DNA of 12,021 nt from a bacterium (GTDB lineage: Bacteria > Fidelibacterota > Marinisomatia > Marinisomatales > UBA1611), in the NCBI GenBank assembly GCA_038127595.1, contig JAYPIC010000046.1, positions 454 through 12,474 on the forward strand, given 5' to 3'. Made by a program: the position numbers and the translations under genes. The notes below the pieces were generated by a model, which was not told the origin of the DNA, ran no database searches, and saw only the letters and a list, made by a program, of their open reading frames with translations. This document shows, in pieces, positions 1 to 7,473 of the stretch (positions within the stretch are counted from its first letter, which is position 1; each line of letters begins with the position of its first letter).

Positions 1-1018
1 CCGGCTGATTAATTTCTCCCATTACCTTAACAGTTTTTTTTCTTTTAGGTATAAAAACAACATCATCTAACTCAAGTTTAATGTCATAACCCTTATTACC
101 TGTGATTAGATAATCATAAAAATCGATACTAGCTACTTCTTTATTAGACCTTAATAATTTTATGTCCCTAAGCGAACCTTTCACCGAGGGTCCATTAAAG
201 TAGAATAGTGATGAAAAAAGAGATACTGAAGAGTTCATATTATATGCACCTGGGCGCGTTACATTACCAACGACATGAATTCTTTTAGGTTTGAGGGAGA
301 ATGCTCCAAGACTAACATCAAAATATGTATTCTGTTGAAAGCCGTTTCCATCAATGGTCGAGAAAGATTTTTTAAATAATTTTTTTAATTTTTGTTCAAC
401 TTTTTCAATGTTCAAACCATTAACAAATACTTGTCCCACATCATCTATAAAAATATATCCATCTCGCGCGACAACATATGTATTGATCTGCTCAGTCGCG
501 CCCCAAAGCATAATTATAATTTCATCGCCCGGACCTATTACATAATCTGGACCTACAGATTCTAAGGCAGATTTATTAAAGCCACCGTAATTATTTTTAA
601 ATATGTCATAACCAAAATGTTTTAAACTAGCCTTATCATTGATAAATACGTTATTATCAGGAACATTAGAGTCATCATTCGAATCATCAATACTGTCTTC
701 AGATTTTAACTTTTCATTTTCAAAACTCTGTGTTTGGTCTTGAGAAGATTCAAAGTTATTCAACTTATCAATATCTCTAAGAACTTCATCCCTAGTAATA
801 ACTGAACTACTTTTATTAGTTTGGTTAAGAACTTCAACGTCAGTTGACCTTAAAGCATCATTATCTATATTTTTTAAAATCTTGTTAACTTGAGATGAAG
901 AAACACCAGCTTTGGCAGCTTCTTTTTTTAATTGATTTAAATTCTGAGAAAAAAGATGATTATTTATAAAGAAAATAAACAAAAACAATAAACACACAAT
1001 AAACACATTTTTTTGCAT
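1..1018 (-). CDS. SLBB-domain polysaccharide export protein (KpsD/Wza/OtnA-like), partial; runs off the left edge; not in the ORF track
   Basis: Hand translation from ATG at 1018 is open to the window edge (~339 codons). It begins with a signal-peptide-like MQKNVFIVCLLFLFIFFINNHLFS-Q, then an acidic linker. Poly_export motifs follow (HFGYDIF, PDYVIGPGDEIIIMLWG, VARDGYIFIDDVGQVFVNGL), then SLBB motifs (IHVVGNVTRPGAY, GSLRDIKLLR, IDFYDYLITG, DDVVFIP, VKVMGEINQP). Confidence 0.92.
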   Translation of the reverse strand, partial: MQKNVFIVCLLFLFIFFINNHLFSQNLNQLKKEAAKAGVSSSQVNKILKNIDNDALRSTDVEVLNQTNKSSSVITRDEVLRDIDKLNNFESSQDQTQSFENEKLKSEDSIDDSNDDSNVPDNNVFINDKASLKHFGYDIFKNNYGGFNKSALESVGPDYVIGPGDEIIIMLWGATEQINTYVVARDGYIFIDDVGQVFVNGLNIEKVEQKLKKLFKKSFSTIDGNGFQQNTYFDVSLGAFSLKPKRIHVVGNVTRPGAYNMNSSVSLFSSLFYFNGPSVKGSLRDIKLLRSNKEVASIDFYDYLITGNKGYDIKLELDDVVFIPKRKKTVKVMGEINQP

Positions 1019-1148
1019 TGCTGACCTAAGAATTAATATTAAAATTATATTATTTTTTATTAAAACATTTATAAACATATATTTTAAAAATAGTTTATAA
1101 ATTGTTTACTTACCTCTACCAAAATTAAACAATAAATATATATAATCA

Positions 1149-1167
1149 AACCAATTTAAAATTGGTT
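1149..1167. promoter_or_regulatory. Perfect inverted repeat AACCAATTT-A-AAATTGGTT; candidate operator upstream of the export gene
   Basis: 9-bp arms around one central base, read directly. It abuts a -35-like TTGATT on the minus strand (1149-1144). Function is inferred. Confidence 0.35.
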
Positions 1168-1310
1168 CTTAATTAAATATTTAATATCAATTTTCTTAAT
1201 GAAACTATAAAGTTTTAAATAAGTTTGACCTTAAAATTATAATTATTAAAATAATTGTAAATTGATATTTTAGTATGAATGAAATTTTTAGATATTAATT
1301 TTAATTTTAG

Positions 1311-1401
1311 CGGGAATGCCTGGGAATCGAACCCAGCTCTCAATATACTTGAGACAACGGTTTTGAAGACCGAGGAAAGCACCAGCTACTCAATCATTCC
1401 C
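1311..1401 (-). tRNA. selC: tRNA-Sec (anticodon UCA), 91 nt to the discriminator, CCA not encoded
   Basis: Minus strand reads GGGAATG ATT GAGTAGC TGGT GCTTTC CT CGGT CTTCAAA ACCG TTG TCTCAA GTATA TTGAGA G CTGGG TTCGATT CCCAG G CATTCCC G. Acceptor GGGAATG/CATTCCC; 4-nt D-loop TGGT; anticodon TCA at 1366-1364; long variable arm TCTCAA/TTGAGA; T-arm CTGGG-TTCGATT-CCCAG; discriminator G. Followed by CTA. Confidence 0.88.
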
Positions 1402-1410
1402 AAAAATAAG

Positions 1411-1998
1411 TCATGATAACTTTGTCACTATGCTATTATCTATCAAAAAATTATTGCACTTACTTTTACCATTTCTATCAAAAACAAGTTTATTTCCTTT
1501 TTCATCGACCCACCCAACTATTCTGCCTGGATTTCCTATGATTAGTGCAAAATCTGGTACATCTTTTGTGATGACAGATCCTGCCCCAATTAATGAATAT
1601 TGACCAATTGTACTCCCACATACAATAGTAGAATTAGCTCCAATTGAAGCAGATTTTTTGACCAAGGTTTTTTTATAATATTTTACACCTTTTTGCGGGA
1701 ATTCGCTCCTAGGTGCAATTATATTGGTAAAAACCATAGATGGCCCACAAAAAACATAATCTTCCAATTCAACACCTTCATATACGGATACATTATTTTG
1801 TATTTTAACATTGTTACCTATTTTTACATTATTTCCTATGTTAACATTTTTACCAAAATTACAATTTCGCCCTATTTTTGAACCTGATTGCAAATGAGAA
1901 AAATGCCATATTTTAGTACCCTCCCCAATACTCACATTATCATCCACATAACAAGACTCATGAATGAAAATATTATCTTTTTTTTGCTGCATGGTCAT
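1411..1998 (-). CDS. wbpD: Left-handed beta-helix N-acetyltransferase, WbpD/WlbB-like (UDP-GlcNAc3NA N-acetyltransferase)
   Basis: Hexapeptide repeats plus family motifs IGEGTKIWHFSH, KIQNNVSVYEGVELEDYVFCGPSMVFTN, GANSTIVCG and GNPGRIVGW. ATGA overlap with the upstream oxidoreductase at 1998-1995. Confidence 0.88.
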   Translation of the reverse strand: MTMQQKKDNIFIHESCYVDDNVSIGEGTKIWHFSHLQSGSKIGRNCNFGKNVNIGNNVKIGNNVKIQNNVSVYEGVELEDYVFCGPSMVFTNIIAPRSEFPQKGVKYYKKTLVKKSASIGANSTIVCGSTIGQYSLIGAGSVITKDVPDFALIIGNPGRIVGWVDEKGNKLVFDRNGKSKCNNFLIDNSIVTKLS

Positions 1999-2960
1999 GA
2001 TAATCGAGGAGTAAGGTTAGCTGATGCTTTTTCAAGAATTTTTATTACCTCTAAACCATCCTTACCACTTGATATTTCTATTTTTTTATCCAAATTAGAT
2101 ATAAAATATTTTAGCTCATTTTCTAGAGGTTGCTCACTATCATAATCGATTTTTCTTACTTCCCCTTTAAAAGGGTTTGGAACTTTATTAATGAATTCAG
2201 CTTTATTGTTATAAAAAAGTAGAGGCCTATTGTTCAATGAATCCTCAAAATGCAACATTCCTTTAGAACCAATTATAACAAATCTATGTTCTTTAAAAGG
2301 ATGTAGCCAGCTTACAAAAATATGGGCCATTTTTTTGCCATTATAATCAAAAGTTGTAATTGAAGTATCATGAATGCCTTTTTGCAAAATATCAATTCCA
2401 TTGCAATTCACATTAGATGGACTGCATTCAAAAAAATAATTTAACAAGGCTATATCATGAGGCGCAAAACTCCAAAATACGTTCTCGTTATTTCTGAATT
2501 TACCCATATTTAATCTATTGCTATAAATGTATTGAATTTCACCAATCTCACCCTTTTTTAATAAATCCTTCATTTTTTTGAAAGCAGGATGAAAGAGCAA
2601 AACATGCCCAACCATTAAATTAACATTCATCTCTCTTGACATTTCACATAGAGCTTTTGATGAATTAAAATCTAAAGTAAGAGGCTTTTCGACTAATACG
2701 GGCTTTGAGCCTAAAATCACTTTCTTTGCTAATTCAAAGTGAAAAGCAGGTTCTGTTGCAATTACAAAACCATCGAACTTTTCAATGATATTGTCATCAA
2801 GATCATTATAAAGTTCGCAATTAGGAAATTTTTTTGAAATTAACTTTAATGTATTTTTATTTTTTTCGACAACAGCGCCTAAAGCATTTAAATCAAATAA
2901 AGTTTTAATATGGTTTTTCCCCCATCTACCAGCTCCTACTACACAAATGTTTTTTTTCAC
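1995..2960 (-). CDS. Gfo/Idh/MocA NAD-dependent oxidoreductase, probable UDP-GlcNAcA 3-dehydrogenase (WbpB/WlbA-like)
   Basis: Rossmann VVGAGRWGKNH, VLVEKP, LMVGHVLLFHP and WSFAPHDI motifs. Start revised to GTG at 2960 (321 aa), just before the first beta strand; the track's ATG at 3002 overlaps the epimerase by 25 nt. Confidence 0.85.
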   Translation of the reverse strand: MKKNICVVGAGRWGKNHIKTLFDLNALGAVVEKNKNTLKLISKKFPNCELYNDLDDNIIEKFDGFVIATEPAFHFELAKKVILGSKPVLVEKPLTLDFNSSKALCEMSREMNVNLMVGHVLLFHPAFKKMKDLLKKGEIGEIQYIYSNRLNMGKFRNNENVFWSFAPHDIALLNYFFECSPSNVNCNGIDILQKGIHDTSITTFDYNGKKMAHIFVSWLHPFKEHRFVIIGSKGMLHFEDSLNNRPLLFYNNKAEFINKVPNPFKGEVRKIDYDSEQPLENELKYFISNLDKKIEISSGKDGLEVIKILEKASANLTPRLS

Positions 2961-2977
2961 TTTAATTTGTATTTTTT

Positions 2978-3949
2978 TTAATTGTAATATTTTATATACC
3001 AATCGATAAAATGGTTAATGCCTTCCTCAATATTTACAATAGGCCTAAAGCCAAGCATTTTTTTTGATTTATCAATATTAGCATTAGTTATTTTTACATC
3101 GCCAGGTTTTATCGGCATTAATTTTATTTTTGCTTTTTTACTTAATCTTTTTTCAATTATTTTTATTAAATCAATTACTTTTTCTCTTTTACTATTCCCT
3201 AAATTAAAAATTTCATTTTGAAAATTTTTATCAATCGATGATCTTATACCTTTAATTATATCATCTATATAAGTAAAATCTCTCTCAACTTTTCCATTAT
3301 CATAAATTTCAATTAGTTCATTATTTAATATTTTCTTAGTGAATGTAAAATATGCCATATCAGGTCTACCCCAAGGTCCATAAACAGTAAAAAATCTTAA
3401 TCCAGTTGTATTCAAATCGTACAAATTATTATAAACATTAGCCATTAACTCATTTGACTTTTTTGTTGCAGCATAAATTGATATAGGATTATCAACATTA
3501 TCATTCTCTGAGAATGGAACTTTTTTATTTCCCCCATAAACTGAGGAACTGGAGGCATAAATTAATCCTTTGACTTTATACCTTCTACAGCAATCAATAA
3601 TGTTCATGAACCCATTTATATTTGAACCTATGTAAGAAAACGGATCAACTATACTAAACTGAACACCAGCTTGAGCAGCTAAATTAACTACTTTACCAGG
3701 CTTAAATTTTTCAAATATCTCATTTAAGCTGTTAAGATTTTTTAAATCTGCTATGTCATATGAAAAATTTGAAAAACCTTTTATTTTTTTAATTCTATCA
3801 ATCTTTAAACTTTTTTCATAATAAGTATTTATATTATCGATACCATGAATAACATAACCATCTTGCAACAAAGACCTGCAGAGATGCATTCCAATAAAAC
3901 CTGCAAATCCAGTAATCAATACTTTTTCATTACACGTAGTTTTTGACAT
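2978..3949 (-). CDS. NAD-dependent epimerase, UDP-glucuronate/UDP-GlcNAcA 4-epimerase family (extended SDR)
   Basis: TGFAGFIG, NLAAQAGV, YASSSSVYG, catalytic YAATK and RFFTVYGPWGRPDMAYF. Confidence 0.9.
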   Translation of the reverse strand: MSKTTCNEKVLITGFAGFIGMHLCRSLLQDGYVIHGIDNINTYYEKSLKIDRIKKIKGFSNFSYDIADLKNLNSLNEIFEKFKPGKVVNLAAQAGVQFSIVDPFSYIGSNINGFMNIIDCCRRYKVKGLIYASSSSVYGGNKKVPFSENDNVDNPISIYAATKKSNELMANVYNNLYDLNTTGLRFFTVYGPWGRPDMAYFTFTKKILNNELIEIYDNGKVERDFTYIDDIIKGIRSSIDKNFQNEIFNLGNSKREKVIDLIKIIEKRLSKKAKIKLMPIKPGDVKITNANIDKSKKMLGFRPIVNIEEGINHFIDWYIKYYN

Positions 3950-3993
3950 TTTATCTAGTTAACCAAAACCAATATTTTAATTATCAATAAAAA

Positions 3994-4761
3994 TCAAAGT
4001 GGCCTATAAAGCACCCTGTAGCTGACACCAAGTTTTGACTTAATATCTTTACCTATTTCTTCAGCTTTTCTTTTGGATTTATATCTATTTACCCTGACAG
4101 CAAAAAAAGTTTTTTCATTAGATTCTACCTTGTTTATAGAGACATCATGGCCGAGTTGATTCACTTGCAGCTTCAACCTTTTAGCATTATCCATACTACT
4201 AAATGCTCCAATTTGAACTACATATGGTCCTAGACTTTCGGTTTTCTTTTTAAAGCTAAAAACTTGAGAGAATTTGTTATCATTATTTTCAATATTAGTT
4301 TCTAATGCTGGAAACATGCTTTTTATAATTAGAGCATAATATTTTGCAGAATCAGCCTCTCCTATAGCATTAAAGCTATTAATCATTAAATCAGTTAGTC
4401 TTTGCATTTGAGGATACCTAGGATATTTTACAGGTAGATTTTTTAATAATGAAGCACATTGTGTATATAAGCCTCTTGCATAAAAATACTCCCCTATCTT
4501 CATAGCAGCCTCAGGAGCATGTATTGAGTTAGGGAAATTTTTTAGAATATACTTGTATTGCTTTAAAGCAGATTCCCCATCATCTGTCAAAAGAGCTTTC
4601 AAAAAAAGAACGCCAGAATCATTAGGATACTTTGACAATAATTCAGGTAAATTTTCCTTTACCCCATCTAATTCACCTTGTTCAATAAGAGAAAAATATA
4701 AATCAATATTTTGAGATGATAAAATTGAAAAAACAAAAGTAATAAAGATGAATTTATTCAT
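3994..4761 (-). CDS. Exported TPR-like protein with a C-terminal SPOR peptidoglycan-binding domain
   Basis: Signal-peptide-like N-terminus. BamD/CpoB-style helical repeats (ILKNFPNSIHAPEAAMKIGEYFYARGLY, LPVKYP). SPOR motif YVVQIGAFSSMDNAKRL...FFAVRV. Confidence 0.85.
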   Translation of the reverse strand: MNKFIFITFVFSILSSQNIDLYFSLIEQGELDGVKENLPELLSKYPNDSGVLFLKALLTDDGESALKQYKYILKNFPNSIHAPEAAMKIGEYFYARGLYTQCASLLKNLPVKYPRYPQMQRLTDLMINSFNAIGEADSAKYYALIIKSMFPALETNIENNDNKFSQVFSFKKKTESLGPYVVQIGAFSSMDNAKRLKLQVNQLGHDVSINKVESNEKTFFAVRVNRYKSKRKAEEIGKDIKSKLGVSYRVLYRPL

Positions 4762-5809
4762 TTGAGCTTTTAATAACTTTTAAAATTTCATCTATGTAAT
4801 GTCCTAGTTCAGCGGGCGTTTTAGAGGATAAGGATAATTTTAACTTCATTAGCATTACAAGCACGGAAGGATTTTCTTCTAAGATAAATGAATCTATAAG
4901 GTCTATAGCAGCCTTATTTTCACCTTTCTCGTTTAGTACATTTGCAAGCCTCAGACCAGCATTTAAATCTTTTGGATTATTTTCAAGAACTTTTCTATAG
5001 AATTTTTCAACTTCGCTGTATCTTCCTAAATCGAAAAGAGCGGTTTCTATACTATCAAAAACTAGATGGGATTCGCTAGGCGATAATTCCATATATTTTT
5101 CCCAATATTCAACTGCTTTCACCAAGTCTCTATTAGCATATTTAATATCGCCTAAATATTTATATGGCATCCCAAAATCAGGTGATTCGGTAATTGCTTT
5201 TCTAAAAAGTATTTCTGCCTCTGATAAATTATTGTCACTTAAGTGTATTATGCCTTTTTGTAAAGTATATTTTGACAAATTAATCTCATCTTCATAACCT
5301 TTAGTCTTTTTTAAATCTTTTGCTTTTTTTTCCGCATATTCCCAGTCCTCAATTTCTTCGGCTATTGATAATAAAAATACATTTGCCCATAAATTAGTTT
5401 TATCCAGCTCAAAAATCTTTTCAGCTTCAATTTTAGATCTTTTTAGGTCATTATTTTTTTTATAATCAAGAGCTAGTGATTTAAAAATTTCTATTTTTGT
5501 TTCCTTATCCAAATTTTGTCTTACAGTAAGCATTTGATGAATTTTTATAGCTCTATCAGTATTTTCATCTCTTAATAGGTTTCCCAATTGCAGATATGCA
5601 CTAATATGTTCAGAATCATTTTTTACTAGAGTACTTAAAAGGTTAATTGCTTTTCTTTTGTTAGATAAAAGCATAGCATTTAATGCTTCCATATAAATAG
5701 TATCTATTTTTTTTTTATTTGAAGGCTTTTTAAACTGAAAATATGCAAAGATTGCAACAGTGAACGTTACTGTAATTAATATAACAATGTAAAGAGAGTC
5801 CAATATCAA
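4754..5809 (-). CDS. lapB: LapB/YciM-like membrane-anchored TPR protein lacking the C-terminal rubredoxin domain
   Basis: N-terminal TM helix. YMEALNAMLLSNKRKAI...AYLQLGNLLRDENTDRAIKIHQML matches the LapB signature (LGNLFR...DRAIRIHQ). Further TPRs follow. Directly after lapA with a TTGA overlap and TTG start. Confidence 0.75.
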   Translation of the reverse strand: MILDSLYIVILITVTFTVAIFAYFQFKKPSNKKKIDTIYMEALNAMLLSNKRKAINLLSTLVKNDSEHISAYLQLGNLLRDENTDRAIKIHQMLTVRQNLDKETKIEIFKSLALDYKKNNDLKRSKIEAEKIFELDKTNLWANVFLLSIAEEIEDWEYAEKKAKDLKKTKGYEDEINLSKYTLQKGIIHLSDNNLSEAEILFRKAITESPDFGMPYKYLGDIKYANRDLVKAVEYWEKYMELSPSESHLVFDSIETALFDLGRYSEVEKFYRKVLENNPKDLNAGLRLANVLNEKGENKAAIDLIDSFILEENPSVLVMLMKLKLSLSSKTPAELGHYIDEILKVIKSSNE

Positions 5810-6129
5810 TAATCCTCTTCATCAACGGCCTCATAAATGCCCTCATCTATAGCAACATTTCTTAAATCGTTCAACTCATCAGTTAATATTCTGTTTTTAT
5901 TTTGAAGGCTTTTAATTTGGGATTTATTGGAAATAATTATAAAAACCGATGCTATAAATCCTGCTGCAACACCAAATAACAGATTAAATAAGAGAATGAC
6001 ATTTAAATAAGCATCGCTCAAACTATAACTAAAGAAGAAGATATCAACTTTTTCGTTTGAATTTTGCGTCATAAAAACAATAATTATAAGGTTAAACACT
6101 ATTAATAAAAAAATTTTGATTAAATGCAT
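5806..6129 (-). CDS. lapA: LapA/YciS family lipopolysaccharide assembly protein
   Basis: Two TM helices with an FMTQN..KVDIFF motif, then a C-terminal coiled coil. Adjacent to the lapB-like gene; TAATG overlap with miaB. Confidence 0.8.
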   Translation of the reverse strand: MHLIKIFLLIVFNLIIIVFMTQNSNEKVDIFFFSYSLSDAYLNVILLFNLLFGVAAGFIASVFIIISNKSQIKSLQNKNRILTDELNDLRNVAIDEGIYEAVDEEDY

Positions 6130-7451
6130 TAAGCCGCCTTTACTTTTTTTATTATTTCACCATACAAAGTTATACCTTTAGACTTTGTAATCAAAACAGG
6201 GACAATATCATTTATATTAAAATCTAATCTATTGAAAATCACCCACTTATTAGAGTCTGTTCTTCCTGCCCATTTACTTTCATTTCGTTTACTCTTTTTT
6301 TCAATTAATACATCAACCACTTTATTTACATAGGATTGATTTCTTAGTTCTGTATTAAATTTTTGTAGTTCTATTACTTTAGCTAATCTATCCTGCTTTT
6401 CATCTTCTCCTAATTGGTCATCATACTCGATAGCTTTTGTACCCTTTCTTGGTGAATATTTAAATGTGAATGCAGAATCAAATTTAACTTTTCTCATAAC
6501 TTCTAAAGTTTCATTAAAATCTTCCTCAGTCTCTCCAGGAAAACCTACAATTATATCAGTGCTTATTCCTACGCCTGGAAGACAAGTTCTAATTTTTTCC
6601 GCCAATTCAATGAATTTTTCCTTAGTATATGTCCTGTTCATCCTTTTTAATATTCTATTTGAGCCGGCTTGCAGGGGTAAATGTATATAATTACATATAT
6701 TATCATGTTTCGCCATAATATCTAGTAATTCCTCATTTATATCCTGTGGGTGAGGAGATGTATATCTAATCCTTTTTACATCTTCAATTTTTGCTACTGC
6801 ATCTAGCAACTCAGGAAACTTTTTATCATTATAATTATATGAGTTAACATTCTGACCCAATAATGTAATTTCACTAAATCCATTACTAGTCGCTTTTTTG
6901 ACTTCCTCTACAATTCCCTCAACACTCCTGCTACGCTCTCTACCTCTGGTAAATGGAACAATACAAAAAGTACAAAATTTATCACAACCTCTCATGATTG
7001 TCACCCAAGCATTAACTCCATCTTTACGACGCGGAAACAAATCATCATAAACCTCATACTTGGATAATTGAGTATCTACTAAACTTTCTTCATCTTTTTC
7101 ATGACGTTTCAATATTTCTGGGAGTCTTCTATATGAATCTGGGCCTAAGACTATATCCACATAAGGCTTATTTTCTAAAATATCATCTTTTAAGCTTTGA
7201 GCCATACAACCTAGTACGCCTATGATCATAGATGGCTTTTTTCTTTTTAATAAATTATATCTCCCTAACAATGAGTGGACTTTATCTTCAGCATGTTCTC
7301 TAATGGAGCAAGTATTTACAAATAAAATATCGGACTTATCAGGGTTATCTACTTTTTGAAATCCTTGATCAACTAAAAGTGTTTCGACTAATTCACTATC
7401 AGACACGTTCATCTGACAACCATATGTCTGAATATGATATTTTTTTTTCAA
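6129..7451 (-). CDS. miaB: tRNA-2-methylthio-N6-dimethylallyladenosine synthase MiaB
   Basis: TYGCQMN, NTCSIRE, GVLGCMAQ, radical SAM CDKFCTFC, STDIIVGFPGET and a C-terminal TRAM domain. TTG start. Confidence 0.96.
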   Translation of the reverse strand: MKKKYHIQTYGCQMNVSDSELVETLLVDQGFQKVDNPDKSDILFVNTCSIREHAEDKVHSLLGRYNLLKRKKPSMIIGVLGCMAQSLKDDILENKPYVDIVLGPDSYRRLPEILKRHEKDEESLVDTQLSKYEVYDDLFPRRKDGVNAWVTIMRGCDKFCTFCIVPFTRGRERSRSVEGIVEEVKKATSNGFSEITLLGQNVNSYNYNDKKFPELLDAVAKIEDVKRIRYTSPHPQDINEELLDIMAKHDNICNYIHLPLQAGSNRILKRMNRTYTKEKFIELAEKIRTCLPGVGISTDIIVGFPGETEEDFNETLEVMRKVKFDSAFTFKYSPRKGTKAIEYDDQLGEDEKQDRLAKVIELQKFNTELRNQSYVNKVVDVLIEKKSKRNESKWAGRTDSNKWVIFNRLDFNINDIVPVLITKSKGITLYGEIIKKVKAA

Positions 7452-7473
7452 AAATTAAATAATTAGTTAGGTT

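Noticed and set aside
1104..1120. GGTAGAGGT as the 5' end of a lysine riboswitch
   Set aside because: There is too little room before the ATG, no GC-containing stems, and the downstream gene is unrelated.
1225..1252. Plus-strand TTGACC-N16-TAAAAT promoter pointing antisense into the tRNA
   Set aside because: Such matches are expected by chance in ~87% AT DNA and there is no supporting evidence.
1019..1310. CRISPR array, small ORF or replication origin in the AT-rich spacer
   Set aside because: No regularly spaced direct repeats, no credible ORF and no DnaA-box cluster seen.
1411..2003. Identical TTATCATGA (Leu-Ser-stop) ending both the oxidoreductase and the acetyltransferase
   Set aside because: Only 9 AT-rich bases. 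The second ATGA opens just six codons running into the tRNA, too weak to call a duplication or scar.
2961..3002. N-terminal extension MVYKILQLKKIQIK on the oxidoreductase
   Set aside because: It overlaps the epimerase 3' end; GTG at 2960 gives the normal Rossmann-fold start.
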